A DNA stretch of 64,000 bases. Origin: Eledone cirrhosa. Taxonomy: Eukaryota. The DNA is taken from positions 260,214,001-260,278,000 of the forward strand of contig OZ024741.1 of the NCBI GenBank assembly GCA_964016885.1, in the 5' to 3' direction. The position numbers and the translations under genes were made by a program. Shown here piece by piece: positions 49,930 to 60,450 of the stretch. The notes beneath the pieces were generated by a model. It saw only the letters and a list, made by a program, of their open reading frames with translations, ran no database searches and was not told the DNA's origin. How positions within the stretch are numbered: the first letter of the stretch is position 1; each line of letters begins with the position of its first letter.

Positions 49930-52900
49930 GCTGTTTTCTGTGCCAGTGCCAGTGTTATTGTTGCTGTTGTTGTTGTTTTCTGTGTCAGTGCCACTGTTGT
50001 TGTTGTTGCTGTTGTTGCTGTTTTCTGTGTCAGTGCCAGTGTTGTTGTTGCTGTTTTCCGTGCCAGTGTTGTTGTAGTTGTTGCTGTTTTCTGTGTCAGT
50101 GCCAGTGTTCTTGCTGTTGCTGTTTTCTGTGTCAGTGCCAGTGTTGTTGTTGTTACTGTTGCTGTTTTCTGTGTGAGTTCCAGTGTTGTTGTTGTTGCCG
50201 TTGCTGTTTTCTGTGCCAGTGCCAGTGTTATTGTTGCTGTTGTTGCTGTTTCTCTGTCAGTGCCAGTGTTGTTGTAGTTGTTGCTGTTTTCTCTGTCAGT
50301 GCCAGTGTTGTTGTAGTTGTTGCTGTTTTCTGTGTCAGTGCCAGTGTTGTTGTAGTTGTTGCTGTTTTCTCTGTCAGTGCCAGTGTTGTTGTTGTTGCTG
50401 CTTTCTCTGTCAGTGCCAGTGTTGTAGTTGTTGCTGTTTTCTCTGTCAGTGCCAGTGTTGTTGTAGTTGTTGCTGTTTTCTGTGTCAGTGTCAGTGTTGT
50501 TGTTGTTGCTGTTTTCTCTGTCAGTGCCAGTGTTGTTGCTGTTGCTATTTTCACTGTCAGTGCCAGTGTTGTTGTTGTTGCTGTTTTCTGTGTCAGTGCC
50601 AGTGTTGTTGTTGTTGCTGTTATCTGTGTCAGTGCCAGTGTTGTTGTTGTTGCTGTTTTCTGTGTCAGTGCCAGTGTTGTTGTTGTTACTGTTGCTGTTT
50701 TCTGTGTCAGTTCCAGTGTTGCTGTTGCTGTTTTTTGTGCCAGTGCCAGTGTTATTGTTGCTGTTGTTGCTGTTTTCTGTGTCAGTGCCACGGTTGTTGT
50801 TGCTGTTTCTGTTTTCTCTGTCAGTGCCAGTGTTGTTGTAGTTGTTGTTGTTTTCTCTGTCAGTGCCAGTGTTGTAGTTGTTGCTGTTTTCTGTGTCAGT
50901 GCCAGTGTTGTTGTTGCTGTTTTCTCTGTCAGTGCCAGTGTTGTTGTAGTTGTTGCTGTTTTCTGTGTCAGCGCCAGTGTTGTTGTAGTTGTTGCTCTTT
51001 TCTCTGTCAGTGCCAGTGTTGTTGTAGTTGTTGCTGTTTTCTGTGTCAGTGCCAGTGTTGTTGTTGTTGCTGTTTTCTCTGTCATTGCCAGTGTTGTTGT
51101 TGTTGCTGTTTTCTCTGTCAGTGTTGTTGTTGTTGCTATTTTCACTGTCAGTGCCAGTGTTGTTGTTGTTGCTGTTTTCTGTGTCAGTGCCAGTGTTGTT
51201 GTTGTTGTTGCTGTTTTCTGTGTCAGTGCCAGTGTTGTTGTTGTTACTGTTGCTGTTTTCTGTGTCAGTGCCAGTCTTGTTGTTGTTACTGTTGCTGTTT
51301 TCTGTGCCAGTGCCAGTGTTATTGTTGCTGTTGTTGCTGTTTTCTGTGTCAGTGCCACTGTTGTTGTTGCTGTTGTTGCTGTTTTCTGTGTCAGTGCCAG
51401 TGTTGTTGTTGCTGTTTTCCGTGCCAGTGTTGTTGTAGTTGTTGCTGTTTTCTGTGTCAGTGCCAGTGTTGTTGTAGTTGTTGCTGTTTTCTGTGTCAGT
51501 GCCAGTGTTGTTGTTGTTGCTGCTTTCTCTGTCAGTGCCAGTGTTGTAGTTGTTGCTGTTTTCTCTGTCAGTGCCAGTGTTGTTGTAGTTGTTGCTGTTT
51601 TCTGTGTCAGTGTCAGTGTTGTTGTTGTTGCTGTTTTCTGTGTCAGTGCCAGTGTTGTTGTTGTTGCTGTTTTCTCTGTCAGTGCCAGTGTTGTTGCTGT
51701 TGCTATTTTCACTGTCAGTGCCAGTGTTGTTGTTGTTGCTGTTTTCTGTGTCAGTGCCAGTGTTGTTGTTGTTGCTGTTATCTGTGTCAGTGCCAGTGTT
51801 GTTGTTGTTGCTGTTTTCTGTGTCATTGCCAGTGTTGTTGTTGTTACTGTTGCTGTTTTCTGTGTCAGTTCCAGTGTTGCTGTTGCTGTTTTTTGTGCCA
51901 GTGCCAGTGTTATTGTTGCTGTTGTTGCTGTTTTCTGTGTCAGTGCCACGGTTGTTGTTGCTGTTGTTGCTGTTTTCTGTGTCAGTGCCAGTGTTGTTGT
52001 TGCTGTTGTTGCTGTTTTCCGTGCCAGTGTTGTTGTAGTTGTTGCTGTTTTCTGTGTCAGTGCCAGTGTTGTTGTAGTTGTTGCTGTTTTCTGTGTCAGT
52101 GCCAGTGTTGTTGTAGTTGTTGCTGTTTTCTGTGTCAGTGCCAGTGTTGTTGTAGTTGTTGCTGTTTTCTCTGTCAGTGCCAGTGTTGTTGTAGTTGTTG
52201 CTGTTTTCTGTGTCAGTGCCAGTGTTGTTGCTGTTGCTGTTTTCTCTGTCAGTGCCAGTGTTGTTGTAGTTGTTGCTGTTTTCTCTGTCAGTGCCAGTGT
52301 TGTTGTTGTTGCTGTTTTCTCTGTCAGTGCCAGTGTTGTTGTAGTTGTTGCTGTTTTCTCTGTCAGTGCCAGTGTTGTTGTAGTTGTTGCTGTTTTCTGT
52401 GTCAGTGCCACTGTTGTTGTTGCTGTTTTCTGTGTCTGTGCCAGTGTTGTTGTTGTTGCTGTTTTCTCTGTCAGTGCCAGTGTTGTTGTTGCTGTTTTCT
52501 CTGTCAGTGCCAGTGTTGTTGTTGTTGCTGTTTTCTGTGTCAGTGCCAGTGTTGTTGTAGTTGTTGCTGTTTTCTGTGTCAGTGCCAGGGTTGTTGTAGT
52601 TGTTGCTGTTTTCTGTGTCAGTGCCAGTGTTGTTGTAGTTGTTGCTGTTTTCTCTGTGAGTGCCAGTGTTGTTGTAGTTGTTGCTGTTTACTCTGTCAGT
52701 GCCAGTGTTGTTGTAGTTGTTGCTGTTTTCTGTGTCAGTGCCAGTGTTGTTGTTGTTGCTGTTTTCTCTGTCAGTGCCAGTGTTGTTGTAGTTGTTGCTG
52801 TTTTCTCTGTCAGTGCCAGTTTTGTTGTAGTTGTTGCTGTTTTCTGTGCCAGTGCCAGTGTTATTGTTGCTGTTGTTGCTGTTTTCTGTGTCAGTGCCAC

Positions 52901-55390
52901 TGTTGTTGTTGTTGCTGTTGTTGCTGTTTTCTGTGTCAGTGCCAGTGTTGTTGTTGCTGTTTTCCGTGCCAGTGTTGTTGTAGTTGTTGCTGTTTTCTGT
53001 GTCAGTGCCAGTGTTCTTGCTGTTGCTGTTTTCTGTGTCAGTGCCAGTGTTGTTGTTGTTACTGTTGCTGTTTTCTGTGTGAGTTCCAGTGTTGTTGTTG
53101 TTGCCGTTGCTGTTTTCTGTGCCAGTGCCAGTGTTATTGTTGCTGTTGTTGCTGTTTCTCTGTCAGTGCCAGTGTTGTTGTAGTTGTTGCTGTTTTCTCT
53201 GTCAGTGCCAGTGTTGTTGTAGTTGTTGCTGTTTTCTGTGTCAGTGCCAGTGTTGTTGTAGTTGTTGCTGTTTTCTCTGTCAGTGCCAGTGTTGTTGTTG
53301 TTGCTGCTTTCTCTGTCAGTGCCAGTGTTGTAGTTGTTGCTGTTTTCTCTGTCAGTGCCAGTGTTGTTGTAGTTGTTGCTGTTTTCTGTGTCAGTGTCAG
53401 TGTTGTTGTTGTTGCTGTTTTCTGTGTCAGTGCCAGTGTTGTTGTTGTTGCTGTTTTCTCTGTCAGTGCCAGTGTTGTTGCTGTTGCTATTTTCACTGTC
53501 AGTGCCAGTGTTGTTGTTGTTGCTGTTTTCTGTGTCAGTGCCAGTGTTGTTGTTGTTGCTGTTATCTGTGTCAGTGCCAGTGTTGTTGTTGTTGCTGTTT
53601 TCTGTGTCAGTGCCAGTGTTGTTGTTGTTACTGTTGCTGTTTTCTGTGTCAGTTCCAGTGTTGCTGTTGCTGTTTTTTGTGCCAGTGCCAGTGTTATTGT
53701 TGCTGTTGTTGCTGTTTTCTGTGTCAGTGCCACGGTTGTTGTTGCTGTTGTTGCTGTTTTCTGTGTCAGTGCCAGTGTTGTTGTTGCTGTTGTTGCTGTT
53801 TTCTGTGTCAGTGCCAGTGTTGTTGTTGCTGTTGTTGCTGTTTTCCGTGCCAGTGTTGTTGTAGTTGTTGCTGTTTTCTGTGTCAGTGCCAGTGTTGTTG
53901 TAGTTGTTGCTGTTTTCTGTGTCAGTGCCAGTGTTGTTGTAGTTGTTGCTGTTTTCTGTGTCAGTGCCAGTTTTGTTGTAGTTGTTGCTGTTTTCTCTGT
54001 CAGTGCCAGTGTTGTTGTAGTTGTTGCTGTTTTCTGTGTCAGTGCCAGTGTTGTTGCTGTTGCTGTTTTCTCTGTCAGTGCCAGTGTTGTTGTAGTTGTT
54101 GCTGTTTTCTCTGTCAGTGCCAGTGTTGTTGTTGTTGCTATTTTCTCTGTCAGTGCCAGTGTTGTTGTAGTTGTTGCTGTTTTCTCTGTCAGTGCCAGTG
54201 TTGTTGTAGTTGTTGCTGTTTTCTGTGTCAGTGCCACTGTTGTTGTTGCTGTTTTCTGTTTCTGTGCCAGTGTTGTTGTTGTTGCTGTTTTCTCTGTCAG
54301 TGCCAGTGTTGTTGTTGCTGTTTTCTCTGTCAGTGCCAGTGTTGTTGTTGTTGCTGTTTTCTGTGTCATTGCCAGTGTTGTTGTTGTTACTGTTGCTGTT
54401 TTCTGTGTCAGTTCCAGTGTTGCTGTTGCTGTTTTTTGTGCCAGTGCCAGTGTTATTGTTGCTGTTGTTGCTGTTTTCTGTGTCAGTGCCACGGTTGTTG
54501 TTGCTGTTGTTGCTGTTTTCTGTGTCAGTGCCAGTGTTGTTGTTGCTGTTGTTGCTGTTTTCCGTGCCAGTGTTGTTGTAGTTGTTGCTGTTTTCTGTGT
54601 CAGTGCCAGTGTTGTTGTAGTTGTTGCTGTTTTCTGTGTCAGTGCCAGTGTTGTTGTAGTTGTTGCTGTTTTCTGTGTCAGTGCCAGTGTTGTTGTAGTT
54701 GTTGCTGTTTTCTCTGTCAGTGCCAGTGTTGTTGTAGTTGTTGCTGTTTTCTGTGTCAGTGCCAGTGTTGTTGCTGTTGCTGTTTTCTCTGTCAGTGCCA
54801 GTGTTGTTGTAGTTGTTGCTGTTTTCTCTGTCAGTGCCAGTGTTGTTGTTGTTGCTGTTTTCTCTGTCAGTGCCAGTGTTGTTGTAGTTGTTGCTGTTTT
54901 CTCTGTCAGTGCCAGTGTTGTTGTAGTTGTTGCTGTTTTCTGTGTCAGTGCCACTGTTGTTGTTGCTGTTTTCTGTGTCTGTGCCAGTGTTGTTGTTGTT
55001 GCTGTTTTCTCTGTCAGTGCCAGTGTTGTTGTTGCTGTTTTCTCTGTCAGTGCCAGTGTTGTTGTTGTTGCTGTTTTCTGTGTCAGTGCCAGTGTTGTTG
55101 TAGTTGTTGCTGTTTTCTGTGTCAGTGCCAGGGTTGTTGTAGTTGTTGCTGTTTTCTGTGTCAGTGCCAGTGTTGTTGTAGTTGTTGCTGTTTTCTCTGT
55201 GAGTGCCAGTGTTGTTGTAGTTGTTGCTGTTTACTCTGTCAGTGCCAGTGTTGTTGTAGTTGTTGCTGTTTTCTGTGTCAGTGCCAGTGTTGTTGTTGTT
55301 GCTGTTTTCTCTGTCAGTGCCAGTGTTGTTGTAGTTGTTGCTGTTTTCTCTGTCAGTGCCAGTTTTGTTGTAGTTGTTGCTGTTTTCTGT
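49930..55390. repeat. Mosaic duplication of ~2.5-2.9 kb (offsets 2906, then 2543)
   Basis: GTGAGTTCC 50173/53079 and GCCGTT 50197/53103 (2906); GTCATTGCC 51822/54365, GCCAGGGTT 52584/55127 and TTTACT ~52687/55230 (2543). TTTTTTGTGCC occurs four times (~50731, 51888, 53673, 54432). Confidence 0.85.
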
Positions 55391-56299
55391 GTCAGTGCCA
55401 GTGTTGTTGTAGTTGTTGCTGTTTTCTTTGTCAGTGCCAGTGTTGTTGTTGTTGCTGTTTTCTCTGTCAGTGCCAGTGTTGTAGTTGTTGCTGTTTTCTC
55501 TGTCAGTGCCAGTGTTGTTGTTGCTGTTTTCTCTCTCAGTGCCAGTGTTGTTGTTGCTATTTTCACTGTCAGTGCCAGTGTTGTTGTTGTTGCTATTTTC
55601 ACTGTCAGTGCCAGTGTTGTTGCTGTTGCTGTTTTCTCTGTCAGTGCCAGTGATGTTGTAGTTGTTGCTGTTTTCTGTGTTAGTGCCAGTGTTGTTGTAG
55701 TTGTTGCTGTTTTCTGTGTCAGTGCCAGTGTTGTTGTTGTTGTTGCTGTTTTCTCTGTCAGTGCCAGTGTTGTTGTAGTTGTTGCTGTTTTCTGTGTCAG
55801 TGCCAGTGTTGTTGTAGTTGTTGCTGTTTTCTCTGTCAATGCCAGTTTTGTTGTAGTTGTTGCTGTTTTCTGTGTCAGTGCCAGTGTTGTTGTAGTTGTT
55901 GCTGTTCTCTCTGTCAGTGCCAGTGTGGTTGTTGTTGTTGCTGTTTTCTCTGTCAGTGTTGTTGTTGTTGCTATTTTCACTGTCAGTGCCAGTGTTGTTG
56001 TTGTTGCTGTTTTCTGTGTCAGTGCCAGTGTTGTTGTTGTTGTTGCTGTTTTCTGTGTCAGTGCCAGTGTTGTTGTTGTTACTGTTGCTGTTTTCTGTGT
56101 CAGTGCCTGTCTTGTTGTTGTTACTGTTGCTGTTTTCTGTGCCAGTGCCAGTGTTATTGTTGCTGTTGTTGCTGTTTTCTGTGTCAGTGCCACTGTTGTT
56201 GTTGCTGTTGTTGCTGTTTTCTGTGTCAGTGCCAGTGTTGTTGTTGCTGTTGTTGCTGTTTTCTGTGTCAGTGCCAGTGTTGTTGTTGCTGTTTTCCGT

Positions 56300-59200
56300 G
56301 CCAGTGTTGTTGTAGTTGTTGCTGTTTTCTGTGTCAGTGCCAGTGTTCTTGCTGTTGCTGTTTTCTGTGTCAGTGCCAGTGTTGTTGTTGTTACTGTTGC
56401 TGTTTTCTGTGTCAGTTCCAGTGTTGTTGTTGTTGTTGCTGTTGCTGTTTTCTGTGCCAGTGCCAGTGTTATTGTTGCTGTAGTTGCTGTTTCTCTGTCA
56501 GTGCCAGTGTTGTTGTATTTGTTGCTGTTTTCTCTGTCAGTGCCAGTGTTGTTGTAGTTGTTGCTGTTTTCTGTGTCAGTGCCAGTGTTGTTGTAGTTGT
56601 TGCTGTTTTCTCTGTCAGTGCCAGTGTTGTTGTTGTTGCTGCTTTCTCTGTCAGTGCCAGTGTTGTAGTTGTTGCTGTTTTCTCTGTCAGTGCCAGTGTT
56701 GTTGTAGTTGTTGCTGTTTTCTGTGTCAGTGTCAGTGTTGTTGTTGTTGCTGTTTTCTGTGTCAGTGCCAGTGTTGTTGTTGTTGCTGTTTTCTCTGTCA
56801 GTGCCAGTGTTGTTGCTGTTGCTGTTTTCACTGTCAGTGCCAGTGTGTTGTTGTTGCTGTTTTGTGTGTCAGTGCCAGTGTTGTTGTTGTTGCTGTTTTC
56901 TGTGTCTGTGCCAGTGTTGTTGTTGTTGCTGTTTTCTGTGTCAGTGCCAGTGTTTTTGTTGTTACTGTTGCTGTTTTCTGTGTCAGTTCCAGTGTTGCTG
57001 TTGCTGTTTTCTGTGCCAGTGCCAGTGTTATTGTTGCTGTTGTTGCTGTTTTCTGTGTCAGTGCCACGGTTGTTGTTGCTGTTGTTGCTGTTTTCTGTGT
57101 CAGTGCCAGTGTTGTTGTTGCTGTTGTTGCTGTTTTCTGTGTCAGTGCCAGTGTTGTTGTTGCTGTTGTTGCTTTTGTTGCTGTTTTCCGTGCCAGTGTT
57201 GTTGTAGTTGTTGCTGTTTTCTGTGTCAGTGCCAGTGTTGTTGTAGTTGTTGCTGTTTTCTGTGTCAGTGCCAGTGTTGTTGTAGTTGTTGCTGTTTTCT
57301 GTGTCAGTGCCAGTGTTGTTGTAGTTGTTGCTGTTTTCTCTGTCAGTGCCAGTGTGGTTGTAGTTGTTGCTGTTTTCTCTGTCAGTGCCAGTGTTGTTGT
57401 AGTTGTTGCTGTTTTCTGTGTCAGTGCCAGTGTTGTTGCTGTTGCTGTTTTCTCTGTCAGTGCCAGTGTTGTTGTAGTTGTTGCTGTTTTCTCTGTCAGT
57501 GCCAGTGTTGTTGTTGTTGTTGTTTTCTCTGTCAGTGCCAGTGTTGTTGTAGTTGTTGCTGTTTTCTCTGTCAGTGCCAGTGTTGTTGTAGTTGTTTCTG
57601 TTTTCTGTGTCAGTGCCAGTGTTGTTGCTGTTGTTGCTGTTTTCTGTGTCAGTGCCAGTGTTGCTGTTGCTGTTGTTGCTGTTTTCTGTGTCAGTGCCAG
57701 TGTTGTTGTTGCTGTTTTCCGTGCCAGTGTTGTTGTAGTTGTTGCTGTTTTCTGTGTCAGTGCCAGTGTTCTTGCTGTTGCTGTTTTCTGTGTCAGTGCC
57801 AGTGTTGTTGTTGTTACTGTTGCTGTTTTCTGTGTCAGTTCCAGTGTTGTTGTTGTTGTTGCTGTTGCTGTTTTCTGTGCCAGTGCCAGTGTTATTGTTG
57901 CTGTTGTTGCTGTTTCTCTGTCAGTGCCAGTGTTGTTGTATTTGTTGCTGTTTTCTCTGTCAGTGCCAGTGTTGTTGTAGTTGTTGCTGTTTTCTGTGTC
58001 AGTGCCAGTGTTGTTGTAGTTGTTGCTGTTTTCTCTGTCAGTGCCAGTGTTGTTGTTGTTGCTGCTTTCTCTGTCAGTGCCAGTGTTGTAGTTGTTGCTG
58101 TTTTCTCTGTCAGTGCCAGTGTTGTTGTAGTTGTTGCTGTTTTCTGTGTCAGTGTCAGTGTTGTTGTTGTTGCTGTTTACTGTGTCAGTGCCAGTGTTGT
58201 TGTTGTTGCTGTTTTCTCTGTCAGTGCCAGTGTTGTTGCTGTTGCTGTTTTCACTGTCAGTGCCAGTGTTGTTGTTGTTGCTGTTTTCTGTGTCAGTGCC
58301 AGTGTTGTTGTTGTTGCTGTTTTCTGTGTCAGTGCCAGTGTTGTTGTTGTTGCTGTTTTCTGTGTCAGTGCCAGTGTTTTTGTTGTTACTGTTGCTGTTT
58401 TCTGTGTCAGTTCCAGTGTTGCTGTTGCTGTTTTCTGTGCCAGTGCCAGTGTTATTGTTGCTGTTGTTGCTGTTTTCTGTGTCAGTGCCACGGTTGTTGT
58501 TGCTGTTGTTGCTGTTTTCTGTGTCAGTGCCAGTGTTGTTGTTGCTGTTGTTGCTGTTTTCTCTGTCAGTGCCAGTGTTGTTGTAGTTGTTGCTGTTTTC
58601 TGTGTCAGTGCCAGTGTTGTTGCTGTTGTTGCTGTTTTCTGTGTCAGTGCCAGTGTTGTTGTTGCTGTTGTTGCTGTTTTCTGTGTCAGTGCCAGTGTTG
58701 TTGCTGTTGCTGTTTTCTCTGTCAGTGCCAGTGTTGTTGTAGTTGTTGCTGTTTTCTCTGTCAGTGCCAGTGTTGTAGTTGTTGCTGTTTTCTGTGTCAG
58801 TGCCAGTGTTGTTGTTGTTGCTGTTTTCTGTGTCAGTGCCAGTGTTTTTGTTGTTACTGTTGCTGTTTTCTGTGTCAGTTCCAGTGTTGCTGTTGCTGTT
58901 TTCTGTGCCAGTGCCAGTGTTATTGTTGCTGTTGTTGCTGTTTTCTGTGTCAGTGCCACGGTTGTTGTTGCTGTTGTTGCTGTTTTCTGTGTCAGTGCCA
59001 GTGTTGTTGTTGCTGTTGTTGCTGTTTTCTGTGTCAGTGCCAGTGTTGTTGTTGCTGTTGTTGCTTTTGTTGCTGTTTTCCGTGCCAGTGTTGTTGTAGT
59101 TGTTGCTGTTTTCTGTGTCAGTGCCAGTGTTGTTGTAGTTGTTGCTGTTTTCTGTGTCAGTGCCAGTGTTGTTGTAGTTGTTGCTGTTTTCTGTGTCAGT

Positions 59201-60450
59201 GCCAGTGTTGTTGTAGTTGTTGCTGTTTTCTCTGTCAGTGCCAGTGTGGTTGTAGTTGTTGCTGTTTTCTCTGTCAGTGCCAGTGTTGTTGTAGTTGTTG
59301 CTGTTTTCTGTGTCAGTGCCAGTGTTGTTGCTGTTGCTGTTTTCTCTGTCAGTGCCAGTGTTGTTGTAGTTGTTGCTGTTTTCTCTGTCAGTGCCAGTGT
59401 TGTTGTTGTTGTTGTTTTCTCTGTCAGTGCCAGTGTTGTTGTAGTTGTTGCTGTTTTCTCTGTCAGTGCCAGTGTTGTTGTAGTTGTTTCTGTTTTCTGT
59501 GTCAGTGCCAGTGTTGTTGCTGTTGTTGCTGTTTTCTGTGTCAGTGCCAGTGTTGTTGTTGCTGTTGTTGCTGTTTTCTGTGTCAGTGCCAGTGTTGTTG
59601 TTGCTGTTTTCCGTGCCAGTGTTGTTGTAGTTGTTGCTGTTTTCTGTGTCAGTGCCAGTGTTCTTGCTGTTGCTGTTTTCTGTGTCAGTGCCAGTGTTGT
59701 TGTTGTTACTGTTGCTGTTTTCTGTGTCAGTTCCAGTGTTGTTGTTGTTGTTGCTGTTGCTGTTTTCTGTGCCAGTGCCAGTGTTATTGTTGCTGTTGTT
59801 GCTGTTTCTCTGTCAGTGCCAGTGTTGTTGTATTTGTTGCTGTTTTCTCTGTCAGTGCCAGTGTTGTTGTAGTTGTTGCTGTTTTCTGTGTCAGTGCCAG
59901 TGTTGTTGTAGTTGTTGCTGTTTTCTCTGTCAGTGCCAGTGTTGTTGTTGTTGCTGCTTTCTCTGTCAGTGCCAGTGTTGTAGTTGTTGCTGTTTTCTCT
60001 GTCAGTGCCAGTGTTGTTGTAGTTGTTGCTGTTTTCTGTGTCAGTGTCAGTGTTGTTGTTGTTGCTGTTTTCTGTGTCAGTGCCAGTGTTGTTGTTGTTG
60101 CTGTTTTCTCTGTCAGTGCCAGTGTTGTTGCTGTTGCTGTTTTCACTGTCAGTGCCAGTGTTGTTGCTGTTGCTGTTTTCTGTGTCAGTGCCAGTGTTGT
60201 TGTTGTTGCTGTTTTCTGTGTCAGTGCCAGTGTTGTTGTTGTTGCTGTTTTCTGTGTCAGTGCCAGTGTTTTTGTTGTTACTGTTGCTGTTTTCTGTGTC
60301 AGTTCCAGTGTTGTTGTTGCTGTTTTCTGTGCCAGTGCCAGTGTTATTGTTGCTGTTGTTGCTGTTTTCTGTGTCAGTGCCACGGTTGTTGTTGCTGTTG
60401 TTGCTGTTTTCTGTGTCAGTGCCAGTGTTGTTGTTGCTGTTGTTGCTGTT
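56300..60450. repeat. Nested duplications with offsets 1423 and 1892 bp
   Basis: GTATTTG at ~56515, 57938 and 59830; GCTTTTGTT 57171/59063; GTGTGGTTG 57352/59244; ORF coordinates 56708/58131/60023. Confidence 0.85.
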
